From the NCBI RefSeq assembly GCF_046153165.1, contig NZ_JBJXEN010000010.1:5995-69994 (forward strand): a stretch of DNA of 64,000 nt. Direction: 5' to 3'. Each line of letters begins with the position of its first letter. Within the stretch, counting starts at the first letter, position 1. Under the pieces are notes generated by a model, which made no database searches, was not told the DNA's origin, and worked only from the letters and a program-made list of their open reading frames with translations. A program made the translations under genes and the position numbers. Origin of the DNA: Flavobacterium sp. Lineage in GTDB: Bacteria > Bacteroidota > Bacteroidia > Flavobacteriales > Flavobacteriaceae. This document shows positions 58,161 through 64,000 of this stretch, piece after piece.

Positions 58161-59123
58161 ATGAAAAAATTGTTATTAACTGCTTCGGTAGTATTCTTTA
58201 TGTTTTCTTGTCAAAAAGACGAGAATGTATCTGATGTTCAACAAGATGCTACAATAAACGCATCTGCCCACAGAGGTTGTGCTTCTCAAGAAGTATTAGA
58301 GCGTCAATTAAGAGAGAATCCTGCTTTAGCATCTAGAATGGCAGAAATCGAAAGATTTACAGAAAATGCAATGGCTACAGGAAAAATTGTAAACGGAAAA
58401 ATTCAAATTCCAGTTGTATTCAATGTATTATACAGAACAACTGCTGAAAATATTTCTTTAGCACAACTTCAATCACAAATTGATGCATTAAACAAAGATT
58501 TTAATGCTTTAAACGCAGATTATTCAACTTCTAACCCATTTAATGCGGTTAAAGCTAATGTTGGAGTTTCATTTGTATTAGATCAAGTAATTAGAAAATC
58601 TACAACAAAAACTTCATGGGGAACTAATGATGCGATGAAAAAAACATCAACTGGTGGTTTAGCACCAACATCTCCAACTACAAAATTAAACTATTGGGTT
58701 TGTACAATTGGTGGAGGAATTTTAGGTTATGCACAATTTCCTGGAGGTTCATCTGCAACTGATGGTGTAGCTATCGATTCTAAATACACAGGTGTTACTA
58801 GTTCGTCTTCTGCAGCATATCCTTATAACTTAGGAAGAACTGCAACTCACGAAATAGGTCACTGGATGAACTTACGTCACATTTGGGGAGATGCAACTTG
58901 TGGATCTGATTTAGTTTCTGATACACCTACTCATGATTCAGCTAACTTTGGTGTTCCTGCTGCAGGTCACAGAAGTACTTGTTCTGGTGCTCCATTAGAA
59001 ATGTATATGAACTATATGGACTATACTGACGATAGAGGAATGTACATGTTCTCATTAGGTCAAAAATCAAGAATGGATGCAATATTTGCTGTTGGAGGTT
59101 CTAGAGCTTCTTTCAGATTGTAA
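58161..59123 (+). CDS. M43 (ulilysin/pappalysin-like) zinc metalloprotease lipoprotein
   Basis: Lipobox FSC, propeptide Cys (HRGC), HEIGHWMNLRH and Met-turn MNYMDY. Confidence 0.92.
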   Translation: MKKLLLTASVVFFMFSCQKDENVSDVQQDATINASAHRGCASQEVLERQLRENPALASRMAEIERFTENAMATGKIVNGKIQIPVVFNVLYRTTAENISLAQLQSQIDALNKDFNALNADYSTSNPFNAVKANVGVSFVLDQVIRKSTTKTSWGTNDAMKKTSTGGLAPTSPTTKLNYWVCTIGGGILGYAQFPGGSSATDGVAIDSKYTGVTSSSSAAYPYNLGRTATHEIGHWMNLRHIWGDATCGSDLVSDTPTHDSANFGVPAAGHRSTCSGAPLEMYMNYMDYTDDRGMYMFSLGQKSRMDAIFAVGGSRASFRL

Positions 59124-59144
59124 TATCTTTCTAAACATAAACTT

Positions 59145-59173
59145 AAAACTCGCTCTTGTAGCGAGTTTTTTTT
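59145..59173 (+). terminator. Intrinsic terminator
   Basis: aaaactcgct-cttgt-agcgagtttt plus T-tract. Confidence 0.85.
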
Positions 59174-59201
59174 ATTATATTCGTTTCTCAATTCAAATAA
59201 A

Positions 59202-60290
59202 ATGACATCAAAAATTATCGCAAACGGAATTATAAAAGCATTAGTAATTATTGTTGGAATTGTAATGCTATTATTCTTTTTATATCAAATTCAATCAGTA
59301 ATTATCTATTTGATAGTTTCACTAATACTAACTCTAATCACAAGTCCATTTGTAGGGTTTTTAAAAAGAAGATTAAAATTTTCTAACACAATAGCAGTTG
59401 TATTTACAATGTTTATATTGGTTTTAACTTTTGTGGGATTAATTATGATGTTTGTACCACTTATCTTATCACAAAGTCAAAATTTATCTTTATTAGATAC
59501 TAAAGCAATTGAAAACAGTGCAACAGAATTGGCTAATCAATTTAAAGTTTACCTAACAAGTCATCATATTAATACTGGGAGTTTACTAAATGTTTCGAAC
59601 TTAACATCGAAAATAAATTTCAATTTTATACCTACAATTCTAAATTCTATTTTAGGTACAATAAGTAGTTTTGGTATGGGATTAGCTTCTGTTTTATTTA
59701 TTACTTTTTTCTTTTTGAAAGACAAAATAATGTTTACAAATGGTATGAAAATAATTTTACCTGACAATCATGAAGAAAAAATTCTAAATTCATTTACTAA
59801 GATAAACGAAATGTTAAGTCGTTATTTCATAGGATTATTAATTCAATTATTTATTGTTTTCATTTTATATTTAATTGTTCTACTTATTTTTAGTGTAGAA
59901 AATGCATTCGTCATTGCTTTTTTATGTGCTCTATTAAATATTGTACCTTATGTTGGCCCATTAATAGGTTCGGTTTTAGCAGCAATATTAACTATGATTA
60001 GTAATCTAGGTGGTAATTTCCAAAATGATATTTTACCTACAACTTTATACGTAATGATTGGTTTTTGGGTGGTTCAATTAATAGATAATAACATTTCACA
60101 ACCCTTAATTTTTTCGAAAAGTGTAAACTCTCACCCACTCGAAATATTTTTAGTTACCCTAATTAGTGGATTTCTTTTTGGAATAACAGGAATGATTATT
60201 GCAATTCCTTTTTATACCATGCTAAAAGTAATTGCTAAAGAATTTTTTCCTGAGAATAAAATTGTGCAACTCATTACAAAAAATATCTAA
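59202..60290 (+). CDS. AI-2E family transporter
   Basis: Polytopic membrane protein; NIVPYVGP, DNNISQPLIF and HPLEIF motifs. Confidence 0.9.
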   Translation: MTSKIIANGIIKALVIIVGIVMLLFFLYQIQSVIIYLIVSLILTLITSPFVGFLKRRLKFSNTIAVVFTMFILVLTFVGLIMMFVPLILSQSQNLSLLDTKAIENSATELANQFKVYLTSHHINTGSLLNVSNLTSKINFNFIPTILNSILGTISSFGMGLASVLFITFFFLKDKIMFTNGMKIILPDNHEEKILNSFTKINEMLSRYFIGLLIQLFIVFILYLIVLLIFSVENAFVIAFLCALLNIVPYVGPLIGSVLAAILTMISNLGGNFQNDILPTTLYVMIGFWVVQLIDNNISQPLIFSKSVNSHPLEIFLVTLISGFLFGITGMIIAIPFYTMLKVIAKEFFPENKIVQLITKNI

Positions 60291-61468
60291 TGACTTCCTC
60301 ATTATTATCTTTTGATATACAAGAGTTTATCTCTCAAAATATTAATGCAAATATTTCAAAATTAGCATTGCAAAAAAACCCTTTTCCTGAGGTTCCTTGG
60401 GTAGAAATACTAACACAAATTTCGGCAAAAAGTAAAGCAAAAGAAAAGTTACCAACTTGGTATTCTCATGAAAACATCATTTATCCAAGCAAAATATCGG
60501 TAGAGCAAACCTCATCAGAAAAAACAGCCTTATATAAATCTAGTCTTGTTTCTGGCGAAAGTTTAATCGATTTGACAGGTGGTTTTGGTGTAGATGATTA
60601 TTATTTTTCAAAAAAAATAAATCAAGTATATCATTGTGAATTAAATGCCACATTATCTGAAATTGTTAAACATAATTTTGAAATATTAAATCAGACAAAC
60701 ATCATTTGTTTAGACGGTGATAGTTTTAAAACGTTAAAAAAACTAAACCAACACTTCGATTGGATTTATATAGATCCGTCGAGAAGAAGTGATACAAAAG
60801 GCAAAGTTTTTATGCTAAAAGATTGTTTGCCCAATGTTCCCGAACTTTTAGAAGATTATTTTAAATTTTCTCATAAAATACTTATTAAAACAGCACCAAT
60901 ATTAGATATTACTTCTGGTTTGAGTGAATTAAAAAATGTAAAAACCATCCATATTATTGCTGTAAATAATGAAGTAAAAGAATTATTATGGGAAATTGAA
61001 AAAAATTACGAAAATGCAATTACTATAAAAACTATTAATTTTAATAAAGAAAAAGAAGAAATATTTGAATTTATTTTGAATGAAAAAATAGAACCTAATA
61101 TTTATAAATTGCCTAAAAAATACATCTACGAACCCAATTCGTCGATTCTAAAATCAGGTGCTTTCGAGTTAATCGCTAACAAATACAAACTAAGAAAATT
61201 ACATCAACATTCTCATTTATATACATCTAACGAAATAATAGATTTCCCTGGACGACTATTCAAAATTGAAACTAGTTTTGAATATAATAAAAATGAAATG
61301 AAAAAATTTCTACAAAATACCAAGGCAAATATCACCACACGAAACTTTCCAGAAACCGTTGAAAACATTAGAAAAAAATGGAAAATAAGCGATGGCGGAA
61401 ATAGTTATACTTTTTTTACAACCGATGCAAATAATCGCAAAATTGTTTTAATTTGCGCTAAAATTTAA
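60290..61468 (+). CDS. Class I SAM-dependent methyltransferase with THUMP-like domain
   Basis: EQTSSE, DLTGGFGVD, YIDPSRR, YEPN and NITTRNFP motifs. Confidence 0.85.
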   Translation: MTSSLLSFDIQEFISQNINANISKLALQKNPFPEVPWVEILTQISAKSKAKEKLPTWYSHENIIYPSKISVEQTSSEKTALYKSSLVSGESLIDLTGGFGVDDYYFSKKINQVYHCELNATLSEIVKHNFEILNQTNIICLDGDSFKTLKKLNQHFDWIYIDPSRRSDTKGKVFMLKDCLPNVPELLEDYFKFSHKILIKTAPILDITSGLSELKNVKTIHIIAVNNEVKELLWEIEKNYENAITIKTINFNKEKEEIFEFILNEKIEPNIYKLPKKYIYEPNSSILKSGAFELIANKYKLRKLHQHSHLYTSNEIIDFPGRLFKIETSFEYNKNEMKKFLQNTKANITTRNFPETVENIRKKWKISDGGNSYTFFTTDANNRKIVLICAKI

Positions 61469-61473
61469 ACCCA

Positions 61474-62043
61474 ATGAGAATTCCTGCAATTGTTTTATTC
61501 TTCTTATTTCAATCTTTATTATTTGCGCAAAAACCTTGTGAATACAGTGTAAATGTTACTGACTCGATTGGTACACTAAAGGAAACCAAAAGTTGTTTGG
61601 TTTACGAAAAAGTCTTTGGTAATTCGGCACAACTTATTTTTTTATCGTTAATTTCAGATAATGGAACGCCAATTCTAAACATGCAAATCATACAAAAAAG
61701 TACCGATTTTATCACACCTAAATGTTTAGACAAAAATTCTAAAGTTTATTTCCAGTTATCTAACGGGAAAATTTACACCTTAATAAATGTTAATGAAAAC
61801 GAATGTGATAATTTAATATACAATGCGGAAGAGAAATTAAACAATCGATTATTAAATGCTCACTTTCTGTTTATGAAAGATAATTTTGAAGATTTAAAAA
61901 AACATCCAATTACTATGATGCGAATAAAATTGGCTTCGGAAACTAAAGATTATATCCTACAAAAAGAGCTTCGTGGCGAAAAAATATCTGGTTTTTTTCA
62001 GCCTGAAAATTTCTTTATAGATAGTTTTCCGTGTATTGAGTAG
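61474..62043 (+). CDS. Exported hypothetical protein
   Basis: Signal peptide ending LFA/QKPC; 189 aa. Confidence 0.7.
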   Translation: MRIPAIVLFFLFQSLLFAQKPCEYSVNVTDSIGTLKETKSCLVYEKVFGNSAQLIFLSLISDNGTPILNMQIIQKSTDFITPKCLDKNSKVYFQLSNGKIYTLINVNENECDNLIYNAEEKLNNRLLNAHFLFMKDNFEDLKKHPITMMRIKLASETKDYILQKELRGEKISGFFQPENFFIDSFPCIE

Positions 62044-62087
62044 CTTAAAACTTACTTAATATAACTTGCTAAACAAAAGTGTAGTAA

Positions 62088-62258
62088 ATGAAAAAAGTAT
62101 TTAAATTCATTATAATTTTAGCTATAACTATGGTTAGTTTTTTTTGGTTATTAGTCTTAGCGTCAAGTCATAACGTTCCTATTAAATCTCATTTAATACT
62201 TATGATTATTATTTTATGTCTTTCACTATTTCTCCTAATTTTAAAAAATGAAAAATAA
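62088..62258 (+). CDS. Small 2-TM ORF (56 aa), not in ORF track; possibly the 5' half of a frameshifted gene
   Basis: Manual translation MKKVFKFIIILAITMVSFFWLLVLASSHNVPIKSHLILMIIILCLSLFLLILKNEK. Confidence 0.5.
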   Translation: MKKVFKFIIILAITMVSFFWLLVLASSHNVPIKSHLILMIIILCLSLFLLILKNEK

Positions 62259-62598
62259 ATATTTTAACTTTTATTGGATTTTTATTTTTCTATTACAAGT
62301 GTATTTAATCACAGAGAAATACATAAATATAGGTTATATTTTAAGTGAAAAAATTTATTTATGGAATATTGTAGTTATGATTTGCTCAGTAGTTTTCCTA
62401 TATAATAGAGTGAAATTAAATAAAATTTTAGTGAATTATGAAAAGATCATTATTTTAATCTTTGTAATAAATGCAATATCTACAGTTTTTATTCAAATCA
62501 TTTCAAAAGAAGAAATATTAAAAATAGTAATCACAATATTAATTATATCGGCATCTATTTTTATTGGCAATTCAATTGAAAAAGAACAAAAAATTTAA
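62248..62598 (+). CDS. Hydrophobic hypothetical membrane protein (116 aa)
   Basis: About four hydrophobic segments; extremely AT-rich. Confidence 0.5.
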   Translation: MKNKYFNFYWIFIFLLQVYLITEKYINIGYILSEKIYLWNIVVMICSVVFLYNRVKLNKILVNYEKIIILIFVINAISTVFIQIISKEEILKIVITILIISASIFIGNSIEKEQKI

Positions 62599-62618
62599 AG
62601 ATAATTATTTGTAAAACA

Positions 62619-63239
62619 ATGAAAAAAATATTTTTTACCCTAATCTTTATAGGAATGTTATTTGTAGGTTTTAAGTTTATTAATCATCATAAAATTGTTT
62701 CCGCAAGTAATCATGAATTAGCTCATTCTCCAAAAGAAAAACTAGAAACTCAAATAGTTGAAGTAAGAAAACTAATAAGCAGCAACTCTAAATACAATCA
62801 TGAAATAGCCTTTCTTATAGATATGGGAATTCCTTCTGGAAAAAATCGTTTTTTTATATATGACTTAAAAAATAACAAAATCATCGATAAAGGTTTAGTT
62901 GCACATGGTTCTGGTTCTGAAACCGGCATTCAAGGGAAACTAAAATTTAGCAATATAGATAATTCTCTTTCTACATCATTGGGAAAATATTCGATTGGGA
63001 ATTCTTATGCTGGAAAATTTGGAAAGGCTTATAAATTATATGGTTTGGACAAAACAAATAGTAATGCTTAAAACAGAAATATAGTTTTGCACAAATATTT
63101 TGATGTTCCATACGACGAACAAGAAAATTACATTTGTAATAGTTATGGTTGTCCTATGGTAAATGAAAAATTTTATTACCGTATAGAAAAAATAATTGAC
63201 AATTCACAAACAAAAATTATCTTAAGCATATATTACTAA
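62619..63239 (+). pseudogene. L,D-transpeptidase (YkuD_2-like) interrupted by an in-frame TAA at 63069-63071
   Basis: AHGSGS and SLGKY before the stop; same frame continues NRNIVLH...SYGCP to TAA at 63237-63239. Confidence 0.8.
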
Positions 63240-63263
63240 AAGTATGAAATTATAATCCAGTTT

Positions 63264-63893
63264 TCACTCACACTTCCATGTAAAATTAGATAAACTATCT
63301 TTTCTAGAACCTATAAGATTATAATGCCACCACTCTGAGTCGAAGGATTCAAAATTATTTCGTGTCATAATTTTTTTGAGAAATCTTCTGTTTCTAAGTG
63401 TTTTTCTAGGGAAATCTCTGTAATTGTGGCTAGATTCTATTCCAAAAAAATCGAAAGTAGTTCCCATATCAAGCTCGACACCATTTTCGTCAACTAACGT
63501 AATATCTACTGCTCCACCACGATTATGTATAGAACCTTTTGAAGGATTTGCAACATAATTTGGATCAGGAACAATTACCCACATTTTTTTCTGAACATCA
63601 AGCGGCCTGTAACAATCAAAAATCTTTATTTGATATCCTTTTCTCTTAAATTGGTTATTGGCTTCTATAAGATTGTTTACCGTTTTTAATCTCAAAAAAC
63701 AGGATTCACAATCATATACTTTTGTTTTCAAAAAATTATCTTCGGTAGCATACTTCATGTCCAAAATAAAATCGGAACTATAATCTTTTAGATTTACAAA
63801 AGTTGTGTCGTTAATAATTGCTTCATTTTGCGCATTACAAGTAACCGCAATAATCATAAAATGAACTAATATAATGGTAAATCTTAATCTCAT
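63264..63893 (-). CDS. D-alanyl-D-alanine dipeptidase (M15D, VanX/DdpX-like), exported
   Basis: DCYRP, SIHNRGGAVD and EWWHY motifs; likely start MRLRF at 63893 (ORF track 63932). Confidence 0.92.
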   Translation of the reverse strand: MRLRFTIILVHFMIIAVTCNAQNEAIINDTTFVNLKDYSSDFILDMKYATEDNFLKTKVYDCESCFLRLKTVNNLIEANNQFKRKGYQIKIFDCYRPLDVQKKMWVIVPDPNYVANPSKGSIHNRGGAVDITLVDENGVELDMGTTFDFFGIESSHNYRDFPRKTLRNRRFLKKIMTRNNFESFDSEWWHYNLIGSRKDSLSNFTWKCE

Positions 63894-63931
63894 TTTTGAT
63901 GTTTTTTTTAGCAGGAATTCCATTAAAATCA

Positions 63932-64000
63932 TTATTCAACAAACATTTTTTTATCTATAATTCTTTCCATATAATCTTGAATAAAAGCTTTTACAGAAAT
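63932..64000 (-). CDS. 3' end of an unidentified gene running off the window
   Basis: Open frame ISVKAFIQDYMERIIDKKMFVE* on the minus strand. Confidence 0.4.
   Translation of the reverse strand: MSVKAFIQDYMERIIDKKMFVE

Overview
AT-rich Bacteroidota chromosome segment. Gene content, lpxC-fabZ fusion, TAnnTTTG promoters and the absence of SD motifs point to Flavobacterium or a close relative; this is inferred, with no database search. The left third holds two divergent accessory loci. (1) A minus-strand short-chain-acid locus (12674->1869): IS1-InsA-like zinc-ribbon/HTH protein, DcaP-like porin, MFS transporter, two small membrane proteins, an SLC5-STAC-histidine kinase (CrbS/CbrA-like), a stand-alone receiver, and two acyl-CoA synthetases (prpE-like, acs). 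(2) A plus-strand aromatic catabolic cluster (12934->25213): AbmA/SdgC-type aroyl-CoA hydroxylase, AbmG-type CoA ligase, thioesterase, nitrilase-family hydrolase, gentisate-dioxygenase-like cupin, FAH-family hydrolase and maleate isomerase, with unrelated passenger genes interleaved. The best candidate for an undescribed system is this cluster. Its hydroxylase has a degenerate reductase active site (Q-x-x-H-G-F instead of H-x-x-H-G-Y), and the gene set fits a hypothetical anthraniloyl-CoA -> 5-hydroxyanthranilate -> ring cleavage -> maleamate -> maleate -> fumarate route. The rest is mostly core genome (rho, iscS-like, ptrB, sucD, efp, lpxA/C/D-fabZ, mgsA, gap, pfkA, tamB, tsaD, rsmE). It also contains a LuxR RR / small ORF / TPR-kinase triad, an orphan PD-(D/E)XK-like gene, dispersed REP-like repeats and a nonsense-interrupted L,D-transpeptidase. 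No rRNA, tRNA, CRISPR array or intact transposase was seen.
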